NCBI GenBank assembly: GCA_004297205.1
Contig: SCUL01000002.1
Span: 6,429 to 70,428, forward strand
Direction of reading: 5' to 3'
Length of the DNA: 64,000 nt
Source: Patescibacteria group bacterium
GTDB lineage: Bacteria > Patescibacteriota > Patescibacteriia > 2-12-FULL-57-11
The notes below the pieces were generated by a model. It was not told the origin of the DNA, made no database searches, and saw only the letters and a list, made by a program, of their open reading frames with translations. The position numbers and the translations under genes are program-made. Positions 8,104-18,079 of this stretch are shown piece by piece (the first letter of the stretch is position 1; each line of letters opens with the position of its first letter).

Positions 8104-8448
8104 ATGCGACCTGCCGAACTCTCCTTTCCGCGGCTCGTGCTCGTCTGCGGGAACATCCGCGAAGACGGGACCGAGTCCTGCGGCGCCAAGGGCGGCGCCG
8201 AGCTTCACCGTGCGCTCAAGGAGGCCGTGCGGGTCGTCCATCCGGAGATCCGCGTGTCGAAAAGCGGCTGTCTCGGCAACTGCACGTCGGGTCCGTCCGT
8301 GACGATCATGCCGGACGGCGTCTGGCTGGGCGACGTGACGGTCAACGACGTTCCAAAGATCGTGAACTACCTCGGCGGCCACCTCGCGGCGCTCGACGTG
8401 CCGGAAGACAAGCAGTGCTGCGGCGGCGGCTGTTGCAAGATGCCATGA
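8104..8448 (+). CDS. thioredoxin-like [2Fe-2S] ferredoxin (Fd4/NuoE-like) with Cys-rich C-terminal tail
   Basis: VLVCGN...ESC...(30 aa)...SGCLGNCTSGPSVTIMPDGVWLGDV follows the Aquifex Fd4-type 4-Cys pattern. Ends with an unusual CCGGGCCKMP. Overlaps the ABC ATPase start by 4 nt. Confidence 0.8.
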   Translation: MRPAELSFPRLVLVCGNIREDGTESCGAKGGAELHRALKEAVRVVHPEIRVSKSGCLGNCTSGPSVTIMPDGVWLGDVTVNDVPKIVNYLGGHLAALDVPEDKQCCGGGCCKMP

Positions 8449-9167
8449 CGCCCGCGCTCCACGTCGACAACCTCGTCAAGCGCTACGGAGAAAAAACCGC
8501 CGTGGACGGCGTGTCCTTCACGCTCGCGCCGGGCGAGTTTTTCGGCTTCCTGGGACCGAACGGCGCCGGCAAGACCACCACCATCAACTGCGTCGTCGGC
8601 GTCACCAAGATCACCTCGGGCGCCATCCGCGTCTTCGGCCATGACGTCGTCACCGACTACCGCGCGGCGCGCACGCAGATCGGTTTGTCGCCGCAGGATT
8701 TCAACATCGATCCCTTCGTCTCCACGGCCAAGCTGCTCGACTACGTCGGCGGCTACTACGGCGTCCGCGCTCCGGAGCGCAAAGAACGCATCACGCGGTT
8801 GCTGTTGGATTTTGAGATGATGCCGTACAAGGACCAGCCGTTCCGGACCCTGTCCGGCGGACAGAAGCGCCGCGTCTCGCTGGCCCGCGCCCTCGTCCAT
8901 CAACCCGACCTGATCATCCTCGACGAGCCGACGGCCGGCGTGGACGTCGAGCTGCGCCGCGATTTGTGGGGCTGGCTCAAAGAACTCAACGCCAAAGGCA
9001 AGACGATCCTACTCACCTCGCATTACCTCGAGGAGGTGCAGGCGCTGTGCAGCCGCATCGGCATCATCCGGCAGGGCAAGATCGCTTTCCTGGGTCCCAA
9101 GGACGAGCTGGTCCGCGACGGCAAAACGCTCGAGGAGAGCTACCTCGAGATCACCGCACGGTCATGA
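8445..9167 (+). CDS. ABC transporter ATP-binding protein (ABC-2 exporter type)
   Basis: Walker A GPNGAGKTT, Q-loop, ABC signature LSGGQKRRVSLA, Walker B LIILDEPTAGVD. Internal start MTPALHVDNL at 8445. Confidence 0.9.
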   Translation: MTPALHVDNLVKRYGEKTAVDGVSFTLAPGEFFGFLGPNGAGKTTTINCVVGVTKITSGAIRVFGHDVVTDYRAARTQIGLSPQDFNIDPFVSTAKLLDYVGGYYGVRAPERKERITRLLLDFEMMPYKDQPFRTLSGGQKRRVSLARALVHQPDLIILDEPTAGVDVELRRDLWGWLKELNAKGKTILLTSHYLEEVQALCSRIGIIRQGKIAFLGPKDELVRDGKTLEESYLEITARS

Positions 9168-9925
9168 ACGTCATCGGCACCGCCACCCTCGTCCGCCGGG
9201 AACTCGACCGCTCGCAGCGCGTCGCCGTCCAGGCCATCATCACGCCGTGGCTCTCGGCCGGATTGTTCATGCTGGTTTTCGGCAAGATCGTCGGCGCCCG
9301 CATCGGCGACATCGGCGGCGCCTCGTACGTGGAATTCGTCCTGCCGGGCGTGCTCATGATGAACCTGCTGTCCGCGGCTTTCATGCAGTCCTGTTCGGCG
9401 TTGTACTTCCAGCGTTTTCTCAAGAACATCGAGGAGGTCCTGATCGCGCCGTTTTCCTACGACGAAATGATTCTGGCGTTCGTCTTTTCCGGCATGATGC
9501 GCGGCTTCATCATCGCGGCCGGCATCCTCGGCATCGGCCTGTTGTTCGGCGCCACCGGCGTGGCCCACCCGTTGTGGTTCGTTTTTTTTCTGGTCGTCGT
9601 GGCGCTGCTCTTCTCGCTTCTCGGCCTGCTCGTGGGTCTGTGGGCCAACGGCTTCGAACAACTGTCCCTCTTCCCGACCTTCCTGATCACGCCGCTGACG
9701 TTCTTGGGCGGCATGTTCAACACCCCGGAGATGCTGCCGCCGGCAGTCCGCCCGCTGCTCGCGTTGAATCCGTTCTGGTACATGATCGACGGGCTGCGGT
9801 ACGCCATGATCGGCACGGGGGACAGCAACCACCTGGTCGGCGCGGCGTTCCTCATCATCCTGGCCGCCGCCTCGTTTTTGCTGGTACGCCAACTGTTCGC
9901 CCGCGGCTGGCGGCTGCGGACGTAA
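9164..9925 (+). CDS. ABC-2 family transporter permease
   Basis: About six transmembrane segments, 253 aa, ATGA-coupled to the ATPase at 9164. The ORF-track N-terminal extension (Arg/Gln-rich) is not credible. Confidence 0.8.
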   Translation: MNVIGTATLVRRELDRSQRVAVQAIITPWLSAGLFMLVFGKIVGARIGDIGGASYVEFVLPGVLMMNLLSAAFMQSCSALYFQRFLKNIEEVLIAPFSYDEMILAFVFSGMMRGFIIAAGILGIGLLFGATGVAHPLWFVFFLVVVALLFSLLGLLVGLWANGFEQLSLFPTFLITPLTFLGGMFNTPEMLPPAVRPLLALNPFWYMIDGLRYAMIGTGDSNHLVGAAFLIILAAASFLLVRQLFARGWRLRT

Positions 9926-9950
9926 AACGTGCTATACTACCTTGCGTAGT

Positions 9951-11303
9951 ATGAAACGTCGTTCCGAGGTCTGCATCTCCGGGATGAGCTGCCAGGCCTG
10001 CGAAGTCAAAATCGAACGCGCCTTCCGCGCCTTGCCCGGCGTGGCCAAGGTCGACGTGAATGCCGCCACCGGCCGCGCCCACATTGCACACGGCGAGGAC
10101 GCGCCGAGCCTGGCCGACTTGAACGCGGCCGTGGAACACCTCGGCTATCGCGTGCAGGAAAAAACCGATCCCCCGAGCATGGTCGAGGGGCGACCTTCGA
10201 TCTGGCAGGTGGGCGGACTGGTTGCGCTCGTGCTTTTCCTCGGCTTCCTGTTCGGCAAGCTCGGCTGGCTGAACCTCGCGGGCAGCGTCTCCAACGCCGC
10301 CAGCTTCGGTTCGGTCTTCTTGGTCGGCCTGCTGGCCGCCAGCTCGTCCTGCATCGCCGTCTCCGGCGGGCTGATGCTCTCCGGCGTCACGTCGTTCGCG
10401 GCGCGCCACCCCACGGCCACGCGCGCGCGGCTCCTGCAGCCGATCCTGCTGTTCGTGACCGGACGTTTGGCCGGCTACGCGTTGTTCGGCGGACTCATCG
10501 GGCTGATCGGCCAAGCCATCGCGCCGCCGCCGCTCGTGACCGGCCTCATCACCGCGGCCGTGGCCGTCTTCATGCTCGTCATGGGGCTCGACATGCTCGG
10601 CATCGCGCCGTCGTGGTTGAAGCGGATCCTGCCGCGGATGCCCAAGGCGCTGGCGCATCGCGTGCTCGACGCGGAGGGCAACCAGCATCCCGCCATGCCG
10701 CTCCTGCTCGGCGCCGGCACGTTCTTCCTGCCCTGCGGCTTCACGCAGTCGCTGCAACTCTACGCGCTGACCACCGGCAGTTTCTTGGGCGGTGCAACGG
10801 CGCTGTTCGCCTTTGCGCTCGGCACGGCGCCGGCACTCATCGCGCTCGGCTGGGCCTCGTCCGCGCTCAAGGGCCGCGCCGGGAAATTTTTCCTGCGCTT
10901 CTCCGGCGCGCTCGTTGCCGTACTCGGCATCTGGAACGTCCAGAACGGACTGGCGGTGGCAGGTTTCGCCCTCCCCGAGTTCCGCCCGGCTGCTCCGGCC
11001 GTGCGGGCATCGAACGGCGTGCGGCTGGTCGACGGCCGGCAGGTCGTTGACATCGAGGTCACGCGCAACGGCTACTATCCGAACAATTTCACGCTCCAAA
11101 AGGACGTCCCGGCAACGCTCCGTATCGCCGGCGAGGTCAACGGCTGCCTCTCCACGTTCGTCGTGCCGAAGTTCGGCGTGCAAAAAGTGCTGGACCCCAA
11201 GGACATCACCGAAATCGCCCTGATGCCGTCGAAAGAAGGGAAGTTCACCTTCGCCTGCGGCATGGGCATGTTCCGCGGCCAATTCACCGTCACCGGCAGC
11301 TGA
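9951..11303 (+). CDS. heavy-metal-associated (HMA) domain fused to a polytopic permease-like membrane domain and a C-terminal Cys/Met (CGMGM) putative Cu-binding domain
   Basis: N-terminal GMSCQAC HMA motif, then a transmembrane region with conserved Cys ([10 protein letters not shown] and [10 protein letters not shown]), then a soluble C-terminal domain ending [14 protein letters not shown]. Immediately upstream of copA. Confidence 0.7.
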   Translation: MKRRSEVCISGMSCQACEVKIERAFRALPGVAKVDVNAATGRAHIAHGEDAPSLADLNAAVEHLGYRVQEKTDPPSMVEGRPSIWQVGGLVALVLFLGFLFGKLGWLNLAGSVSNAASFGSVFLVGLLAASSSCIAVSGGLMLSGVTSFAARHPTATRARLLQPILLFVTGRLAGYALFGGLIGLIGQAIAPPPLVTGLITAAVAVFMLVMGLDMLGIAPSWLKRILPRMPKALAHRVLDAEGNQHPAMPLLLGAGTFFLPCGFTQSLQLYALTTGSFLGGATALFAFALGTAPALIALGWASSALKGRAGKFFLRFSGALVAVLGIWNVQNGLAVAGFALPEFRPAAPAVRASNGVRLVDGRQVVDIEVTRNGYYPNNFTLQKDVPATLRIAGEVNGCLSTFVVPKFGVQKVLDPKDITEIALMPSKEGKFTFACGMGMFRGQFTVTGS

Positions 11304-11304
11304 T

Positions 11305-13590
11305 ATGGCATCCACGACCAGGACCTATCCCGTCCGCGGCATGCATTGCGCGAGCTGCGTCCGGACGATTGAGACTGCGCTCGGCAAAGTGCCGGGCGTC
11401 ACCAAGGCCAGCGTGAACCTCGCGGCGGAAAAGGCGCAGGTCACCTTCGACGCTGCACACACTTCGCCCGCACAGCTGGCCAAGGCCACGGAAGACGTCG
11501 GCTATCACCTGGACGTGACAGAACCGTCTGCACCCGACACCCCACACGCTGCCCCCTCGCATCCTGCGATGGGCGAACCCGGCCACGATCACGCCGCCAT
11601 GCTCCGCGAGATGGAAGGCAAAGACATGCAGCGCAAGGTCTGGACCGGCATCGTGCTCTCTGCGGTCATTGTGCTCGGGAGTTATCCGCAATTTTTCCCG
11701 TTCCTGCCGGCGGCGCTCGCGGACGGCTATGTGCTTCTGCTGCTGACGCTGCCGGTCCAATTCTGGGTCGGCAGTTCGTTCTACGCCGGGCTGAAGCTCC
11801 TCGTGAAGCATCGTCAGGCCGACATGAACACGCTCGTCGCCGTCGGTACGTTGGCGGCCTTCGGCTACAGCCTGGCCGCGACCGTTGCGCCGCAATGGTT
11901 CACGAGCGGCGGTCTGAAAGCCGAACTCTACTACGACACCTCGGCCGTGATCGTCACGCTGGTTTTGCTCGGCCGCTACTTGGAAGCGAAAGCACGCAAG
12001 AAGGCCAACGAAGCAATCCGCAAATTGCTCGGGCTGCAGGTGAAGATCGCACACCGCGTGGTGGACGGTCGCGAGGAAGACGTGCCCATCGACGCCGTGC
12101 GCGTGGGCGACCTGCTGCGCGTCCGCCCCGGCGAAAAGATCCCGGTCGACGGCATCGTCACGGAAGGCGCGTCTTCCTTGGACGAGTCGCTCGTGACCGG
12201 CGAATCCCTTCCCGTGGACAAGGCCGTGGGCGACCGCGTCATCGGCACCACGGTCAACCAGACGGGGACGCTCGTGCTCAAGGCCGACAAGGTCGGCGCG
12301 GACACGGTGCTCTCTCAGATCGTGCGCATGGTGGAGCAGGCGCAAGCCAGCAAGGCGCCGATCCAGCGTCTGGCCGACGCCGTGAGCGCCATCTTCGTAC
12401 CGATCGTCTTCGGCATTGCGGCACTGACGTTCCTCGTGTGGTTCTTCTTCGGACCGCAGCCGGCGCTGACTTTTGCGCTCCTGAACACCGTCGGCGTGCT
12501 GATCATCGCCTGCCCGTGCGCCATGGGCCTCGCGACGCCGATCGCCGTCATCGTCGGCACCGGCAAAGGCGCGCAGATGGGCGTGCTCATCAAGGACGCC
12601 GCAGCGCTTGAGGGAGCGCGGAAGCTCACGGCCGTGGCCTTCGACAAAACCGGCACCATCACCACGGGCAAACCCGTGGTCACCGACGTCATCGGCCAAC
12701 GCGCCGAGGTGCTGCGCATTGCCGGTTCGGCCGAGCGGCACAGCGAGCATCCGCTGGCACGCGCCATCGTCGTTGCGGCCGAAGCGGACAAGATCGCACT
12801 CGCGGAACCGGCGGACTTCGCGGCCGTGACCGGCGCCGGCGTGCGCGCCACCATCGACGGCGCGTCGGTGCTCGTGGGTACCCGCAAACTCATGAGGGAC
12901 AACGGCGTTCGGGACGCGGGCTGGGACGAGAAACTCGCCGCCTTCGAAGCGCAAGGGAAAACGAGCATTCTCGTGGCCCGCGGGGGCGAGGTGATCGGCG
13001 CCGTGGCGATTGCCGACACCGTCAAAGAAACGTCCCGCGAGGCCGTGGCGCGTCTTAAGGCCATGGGCTTGCGCGTCATCATGCTGACCGGCGACCACGA
13101 ACGCGTCGCCGCGCACATCGCCGGGCAGGTCGGCATCACGGAATTCCGCGCCCAGGTACTGCCGGAAGACAAGGTCGGCGTGATCAAGGAACTGCAGGCG
13201 CAGGGCCTGCGCGTCGGCATGGCGGGGGACGGCATCAACGATGCGCCGGCGCTGGCCCAAGCCGACGTCGGCTTTGCCATGGGCACCGGCACCGACGTGG
13301 CCATGGACGCGGGGGACGTCACGCTGATGCGCGGCGACCTGCGGGCGCTGGCCGACGCCATCGACCTCTCGCGCGCCACCATCCGAAATGCCAAGCAGAA
13401 CCTGCTCTGGGCGTTCGGCTACAATGTGGTGCTGATTCCGATCGCGGCCGGCGTCCTGTACCCCGTAAACGGCATGCTGTTGAATCCGATCCTGGCGGGC
13501 GCCGCCATGGCGTTCTCGTCGCTGTCCGTGGTGCTGAACGCCCTTCGTTTGAAGCGCTGGCATCCGGGACGGCGCCAACCGCGGTCCTGA
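11305..13590 (+). CDS. copA: copper-translocating P1B-type ATPase
   Basis: HMA GMHCASC, CPC transmembrane motif ([13 protein letters not shown]), DKTGT phosphorylation site, [10 protein letters not shown] hinge. 761 aa. Confidence 0.93.
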   Translation: MASTTRTYPVRGMHCASCVRTIETALGKVPGVTKASVNLAAEKAQVTFDAAHTSPAQLAKATEDVGYHLDVTEPSAPDTPHAAPSHPAMGEPGHDHAAMLREMEGKDMQRKVWTGIVLSAVIVLGSYPQFFPFLPAALADGYVLLLLTLPVQFWVGSSFYAGLKLLVKHRQADMNTLVAVGTLAAFGYSLAATVAPQWFTSGGLKAELYYDTSAVIVTLVLLGRYLEAKARKKANEAIRKLLGLQVKIAHRVVDGREEDVPIDAVRVGDLLRVRPGEKIPVDGIVTEGASSLDESLVTGESLPVDKAVGDRVIGTTVNQTGTLVLKADKVGADTVLSQIVRMVEQAQASKAPIQRLADAVSAIFVPIVFGIAALTFLVWFFFGPQPALTFALLNTVGVLIIACPCAMGLATPIAVIVGTGKGAQMGVLIKDAAALEGARKLTAVAFDKTGTITTGKPVVTDVIGQRAEVLRIAGSAERHSEHPLARAIVVAAEADKIALAEPADFAAVTGAGVRATIDGASVLVGTRKLMRDNGVRDAGWDEKLAAFEAQGKTSILVARGGEVIGAVAIADTVKETSREAVARLKAMGLRVIMLTGDHERVAAHIAGQVGITEFRAQVLPEDKVGVIKELQAQGLRVGMAGDGINDAPALAQADVGFAMGTGTDVAMDAGDVTLMRGDLRALADAIDLSRATIRNAKQNLLWAFGYNVVLIPIAAGVLYPVNGMLLNPILAGAAMAFSSLSVVLNALRLKRWHPGRRQPRS

Positions 13591-13628
13591 CCGTCTCGGT
13601 CGGGCGCCGCGTTCACGCATCGACGACT

Positions 13629-14768
13629 ATGGGGCTGATGACGTCCGTGACCAGTCGTTCACGACGCCGGGTCGAAGAGTTGCTGGCGGGGACGGGGGTC
13701 GTGATCAACGGTCAGAACCCCTGGGACATCCGGGTGCACGACGACCGTCTGTTTGCCCGCGTCCTTGCGGACGGCTCCCTCGGCTTCGGCGAGGCCTACA
13801 TGGACGGTTGGTGGGATGCGCCCGCGCTCGACGACTGTCTGACGCGCATCTTGCGTCAGGGCCTGCGCGCCAAAGTCCGTCCCAGCGTGTCGCTGCTGAA
13901 AGACGCCATCGGCGCGCGCATCGCCAACCTGCAGAGCAAACGCCGCGCCTTCATCGTCGGGGAACGGCATTACGATGCCGGCAACGATCTGTATCAGGCG
14001 ATGCTCGACGCGCGCCTGACTTACACTTGCGGGTACTGGAAAGAGGCACAGACCCTCGACGAGGCGCAGGAGGCCAAGCTTGATCTGGTCTGCCGTAAAA
14101 TCGGCCTACGGCCCGGCCAGCGCGTGCTCGACATCGGCTGCGGTTGGGGGAGCTTCGCCAAGTACGCGGCGGAAAAGTACGGCGCGCACGTCGTCGGCAT
14201 CACCGTCTCCAGGGAGCAGCTCAAACTCGGACGGGAGCTCTGTAAGGATTTACCCGTCGAGCTGCGGCTTCAGGACTACCGCGACGTCAACGAACCGTTC
14301 GACCACGTCATCTCACTCGGCATGGTCGAACATGTCGGCTACAAGAACTACCGCGACTACTTCGCGGTGGCGCGGCGCTGCATCACCGGCGACGGGTTCT
14401 TCCTGCTGCACACCATCGGGGACAACGTCTCGAGCCGTTTCTCGGACCCCTGGATCGACAAGTACATCTTCCCGAACTCCATGCTGCCATCCGCCGCGCA
14501 ACTGGCGCGCGCCGCCGAGGGCCTGTTCGTCATGGAAGACTGGCACGGTTTTCATGCGTCCTATTACGACAAGACCCTGATGGCGTGGTACCGGAACACC
14601 GAGGCGCATTGGCCGCAGCTTAAAGACCGGTACGACGATCGCTTCCATCGCATGTGGACGTTCTACCTCAACGCCTGCGCCGGCCTGTTCCGGTCACGCT
14701 CCATTCAGCTCTGGCAGATCGTCTATTCGCCACGCGGCATCCTGGGCGGGTACGTGGCGGTCCGTTGA
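13629..14768 (+). CDS. cfa: cyclopropane-fatty-acyl-phospholipid synthase
   Basis: GFGEAYMDGWWD N-terminal region, SAM-binding VLDIGCGWGSFAKYAAE, and a characteristic C-terminal half (WHGFHASYYDKTL, WTFYLNACAG). Confidence 0.92.
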   Translation: MGLMTSVTSRSRRRVEELLAGTGVVINGQNPWDIRVHDDRLFARVLADGSLGFGEAYMDGWWDAPALDDCLTRILRQGLRAKVRPSVSLLKDAIGARIANLQSKRRAFIVGERHYDAGNDLYQAMLDARLTYTCGYWKEAQTLDEAQEAKLDLVCRKIGLRPGQRVLDIGCGWGSFAKYAAEKYGAHVVGITVSREQLKLGRELCKDLPVELRLQDYRDVNEPFDHVISLGMVEHVGYKNYRDYFAVARRCITGDGFFLLHTIGDNVSSRFSDPWIDKYIFPNSMLPSAAQLARAAEGLFVMEDWHGFHASYYDKTLMAWYRNTEAHWPQLKDRYDDRFHRMWTFYLNACAGLFRSRSIQLWQIVYSPRGILGGYVAVR

Positions 14769-14816
14769 ACGGCGGAGTATGATGGACCTGTTACTTATTC
14801 ACAATGTGAGGAGGAT

Positions 14817-15086
14817 ATGAAGAATCCCAAGCTCATGCGCCATGCGGCGCTCGTCGGCGGCGTGGCCCTTATCCTGTACGTGCTGTGCCTGGCATACCGC
14901 CTGGTGCTCACCGATCCGCAGCTGGTCGGGCTCCACCTGCTTTCCCTGCGCCTTTGGTTCCCTGGTTTCCAGGCCATGGACATCGCGAGCATGCTCTGGG
15001 GCGGGTTGTTGAGCTTCGTCTACGGCTTCGTGGCCGCGTGGATCTTCCACAACGTCCACAAGGACTGCTGCGGCGTGAAGGGTTGA
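14817..15086 (+). CDS. small membrane protein (89 aa)
   Basis: GGAGG ribosome-binding site 5 nt upstream. Two transmembrane segments. Followed by a terminator. Confidence 0.5.
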   Translation: MKNPKLMRHAALVGGVALILYVLCLAYRLVLTDPQLVGLHLLSLRLWFPGFQAMDIASMLWGGLLSFVYGFVAAWIFHNVHKDCCGVKG

Positions 15087-15101
15087 GACGGGACAGAAAA
15101 A

Positions 15102-15127
15102 ACGGGGCCTCGCGGTCCCGTTTTTTC
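15102..15127. terminator. bidirectional terminator between convergent genes
   Basis: aaaaa acggg gcctcgcggt cccgt tttttt, with an A-run upstream and a T-run downstream. Confidence 0.5.
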
Positions 15128-15139
15128 TTGCTGCGGGAA

Positions 15140-15817
15140 TCACTTCCGCTCGTCCATGTACCGCACGATCCAGACGTAGGCCAGGATCATCTGCGGCCAG
15201 AACATGGCCACGTTGGAACTTGCCGTGCCCGGACCGGTCCAAGCCGAGGCCAGCCAGAAGTGCCAATTCATGCAGGCGCCGGCCAGAAGCGCGATGGCCG
15301 ACGTGATCAGCGCCGCTTTGCGCCACCGCTTGTCGCCATAGACGATCAGTGCCGCGGAAAGGGCGAGACCGATGCCGGCGAGCACCTCTCCCCACATCAC
15401 TGCCAAACCGAACAGCCTCGCGTTCGGAATCGCGACGCCGTTGAGGAAGGAGACGAACCACGGATAGGGGTTCTTGCTGGCGAAGAACGCCAGCGTCTTC
15501 GGCATGTCCGCGACGAAGCTTCCAGTGACCTTTTCGTATCCGGCGTGGAACCACAGATAGGCGAGTACCAGCTGCACGGCGAGCAGCGCCACCAGGTACA
15601 ACCGTTCCGGATTCAAACGCTGCGACGGTTTGGCCGCGCCGAGCCGCGCATACAGCGGGCAGATGCCGGTCGCCGCCTCGAACAGGAAGTAGAGGCCGAG
15701 ACCGCCGAAGAAGAGCCGGGCGATCGGGTTGGCGAATCCGATGATGGCCAGTCCGAGGAGGGTCAGGCCCAGGAATGTCCGGGCCAACCGCTCAAAGTTG
15801 CCGATGTTCGCTTTCAT
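15140..15817 (-). CDS. membrane protein with N-terminal DUF2892 (YgaP-like) and DoxX-like domains
   Basis: ATG at 15817 with a GGGAGG ribosome-binding site. ERLARTFLGLTLLGL...ATGICPLY is the DUF2892 signature, followed by a DoxX-like helix bundle. Confidence 0.75.
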   Translation of the reverse strand: MKANIGNFERLARTFLGLTLLGLAIIGFANPIARLFFGGLGLYFLFEAATGICPLYARLGAAKPSQRLNPERLYLVALLAVQLVLAYLWFHAGYEKVTGSFVADMPKTLAFFASKNPYPWFVSFLNGVAIPNARLFGLAVMWGEVLAGIGLALSAALIVYGDKRWRKAALITSAIALLAGACMNWHFWLASAWTGPGTASSNVAMFWPQMILAYVWIVRYMDERK

Positions 15818-15930
15818 AGGTCCTCCCGTGGATAATGAATTGTCTGAAGTATACAACCGATGCCGTCGAAAAAGAATGGCCCTGGTAGAGGAGTTGCCGA
15901 CCAACTCGGTGTCGGCAACCCCAGCGACCA

Positions 15931-17085
15931 TCATCGGTCCGTCTTCTGGCCGTCGACGAGTCGACAGAAAGCGCGAGCCAGACGCTCGACGCTCGCGGTT
16001 TCGACATGCTCATCGGGGCCGTGCATGTTCGCTCCTTTCGGTCCCCAGATGACTGCGGGCACGGACCACGCCTCAGCCAGCATCTGCGCGTCCGAGTAGC
16101 CCCCCTCGCCGGGATCCTCGTACGTTACAGACCCGAGGGTTTCCCGTTGTGCCGCTTCCACGATGGTGAGAGAGGAGCGATCTGTGCGGAACGAACCGAG
16201 GCGCAGCTCCGCTTCAACATGCAAGGAGGCCCCGACCGCCACGGCCGCGTCGGTCAGCACGCGAGTCACCTCTTCAATGGTGATTCCGGGAACCGTGCGG
16301 ATATCTATCAGGGCGCGGCAGGTGTCGGGGATCACGTTGCCGATATCGAATGATTCGACCCGCCCGTCCTTCCCGACGCCGCACTGCACCGACGAGACGC
16401 ACAGCGTCGGTTTCCCGAGTTCGGGATCGTTCATGGAGGATAACGTCGAGCGAAGCGCGGCGATCGACGAACTGAAAGCGTCGAAGGCGTTCACGCCGGT
16501 CTGTGGCCGCGCGGCGTGGCCGCGTCTTCCATGGATGGTGACCCGTAGCTCGAGGATGCCGCGACAGCCCGCGCGCAGTTTCTCCTGCGTCGGCTCTGGA
16601 CAGACCACGAGATCCGGCCGAAGATCGGCCGGTGCGGCGGCAAGGAATGTCTTCATGCCGGCGAACGAGTACTCTTCGTCGCAATAGAAAAGGGCGCCGA
16701 CCCCCGTGGCGCCGGTTGCTTCGGCGTGGCCCAGCGCGGAAAGGATGCTTGCGATGCCGCCTTTCATGTCAGTCGAACCGCGTCCGTAGAACCGATCGCC
16801 GACCGCCTCGCCGCGGACCGGCCTCGTCCACCCCGTCCCGTCGCGGACGACGTCCATGTGGCCGATGAAGAGCAGCCGGATCCGGTCTCCGGGTTTCGAT
16901 ACAAGAATGTTCTCGCGACCCTTTCCGACGAGAAAAGACCGGATTTCCCAGCCGGGGAGATCCGTCGCGATGATGCCTCGCAATGCCGCCGTCAGGCCCG
17001 CCTCGACGGGTCCTTCTGGCAGCACGGTGTCCGCATCGCTGGGGATGGCCACGAGGCGCCGCAGGTACGGGATGGGGTCGCGCAT
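15931..17085 (-). CDS. M20 family metallopeptidase (ArgE/DapE/acetylornithine deacetylase-like)
   Basis: Internal start MRDPIPYLRRLVAIPS at 17085. Metal ligand motifs HMDVV and GRGSTDMKGG, plus a dimerisation domain. The upstream in-frame extension is junk. Confidence 0.85.
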   Translation of the reverse strand: MRDPIPYLRRLVAIPSDADTVLPEGPVEAGLTAALRGIIATDLPGWEIRSFLVGKGRENILVSKPGDRIRLLFIGHMDVVRDGTGWTRPVRGEAVGDRFYGRGSTDMKGGIASILSALGHAEATGATGVGALFYCDEEYSFAGMKTFLAAAPADLRPDLVVCPEPTQEKLRAGCRGILELRVTIHGRRGHAARPQTGVNAFDAFSSSIAALRSTLSSMNDPELGKPTLCVSSVQCGVGKDGRVESFDIGNVIPDTCRALIDIRTVPGITIEEVTRVLTDAAVAVGASLHVEAELRLGSFRTDRSSLTIVEAAQRETLGSVTYEDPGEGGYSDAQMLAEAWSVPAVIWGPKGANMHGPDEHVETASVERLARAFCRLVDGQKTDR

Positions 17086-17104
17086 ACGTTTAGCAACACT
17101 CCTG

Positions 17105-17469
17105 TCAGCCCATCGGCTGCCCGTCGATGGACAGCGTGAGCAGTTCCCGCAATGTGCCCACGTGGGCATCGGCCGAGGTCTCTCCTTCGCCGATGCGGAT
17201 GGTACGCATCCCGGCCGACGTGGCGGAACGCCTCCGTGGAGGGCTTGCGGATGTCCGGTTCGCCGGTGAACAGCGCGGTTTCGACGAATTCGTATGCGTT
17301 CAAGAAACGCAGCGCGGCTTCCGCCCACACCCGCGGCGCCCCGGTGAGCACGGCGCAGCGGCCCGCCAGCGCAGAGAGCACCGCGCGCGCGTCGTCGTTC
17401 GGCGTGATGTACTTCTCGGGCGGGAGGTCCCAGGTGGCGGCAAAGGTCGAAGATGAATTTCTTCTCCAT
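17105..17469 (-). pseudogene. HAD-superfamily hydrolase remnant (apparently frameshifted and internally deleted)
   Basis: MEKKFIFDL... (HAD motif-I context) in one frame, ...WDLPPEKYITPNDDARAVLSALAGRCAVLTGAPRVWAEAALRFLNAYEFVETALFTGEPDIRKPSTEAFRHVG in a second, and ...AGMRTIRIGEGETSADAHVGTLRELLTLSIDGQPMG* in the third. About 120 codons in total. Confidence 0.35.
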
Positions 17470-17475
17470 GAGGGT

Positions 17476-18012
17476 CTACGCGACCTGCGCCTCCCGCAGC
17501 GCGATCTCGACCGCCTCTTCCGGCGTCGCGGCGGCCAACACCGGCCGGCGCTTGCGCGCGTCGATGAATTCTCCGGCAAGCTTTTGCGACCATCCGCCGA
17601 CACCCGTCAGAGCGACCATGGGGATGTTGGACTGGTAGGCGATGGCCAGCTCGGTGAGCGTGCCGGATCCGCCCGAAATGGCGATGATCGCGTCGCAGCT
17701 GTTCACCAAGACGAATTCGCGCCCGCCGCCGCGTTCCAATCCCGTGACGACGATGACGTCGGTATTGCCCTCCTTGTCCCAGACGTCCTTGCCCTTCCCG
17801 TAGGTCACGCCGACCGTCAAACCGCCTTTGCGCTTGGCGCCGCGCGCCGCGGCCGTGGAAAGCGAGTCGTAGTCTTTCTCGGCGCCATAGACGACGATCG
17901 CGCCTTTCTCAGCAAGAAGCTCGCCGACGCGTTCCGCCAACGCGGCGACGTCGGAAGAGTAGTCGAGGTCAGCGGCGGAACCCATCACGCCGATTTGGAG
18001 TTTGCGGTTCAT
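17476..18012 (-). CDS. TIGR00725-family protein (LOG/Smf-like Rossmann fold)
   Basis: IGVMGSA...VVYGAEKDYDS...AIIAISGGSGTLTELA pattern of the LOG/TIGR00725 family. 178 aa. Confidence 0.75.
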   Translation of the reverse strand: MNRKLQIGVMGSAADLDYSSDVAALAERVGELLAEKGAIVVYGAEKDYDSLSTAAARGAKRKGGLTVGVTYGKGKDVWDKEGNTDVIVVTGLERGGGREFVLVNSCDAIIAISGGSGTLTELAIAYQSNIPMVALTGVGGWSQKLAGEFIDARKRRPVLAAATPEEAVEIALREAQVA

Positions 18013-18051
18013 AGGGCCTTCAATCTAGCAAGTGTCGCCGGAGAGGGCAAT

Positions 18052-18079
18052 AAAAAGAGACGCCTGGTGTCAGGGCGTC
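18052..18079 (-). terminator. terminator for ddpX (minus strand)
   Basis: gacgcc / ggcgtc stem around a 9-nt loop. On the minus strand it is followed by CTTTTT (reverse complement of the aaaaag at 18052-18057). The right arm overlaps the ddpX stop codon. Confidence 0.5.

Noticed and set aside
15818-15930. Hairpin ttgccgac-N9-gtcggcaa downstream of the M20 peptidase gene as a terminator.
   Set aside because: On the coding strand the nearest T-run is about 20 nt from the stem, which is too far for a canonical intrinsic terminator. It is possibly an I-shaped terminator, but unsupported.
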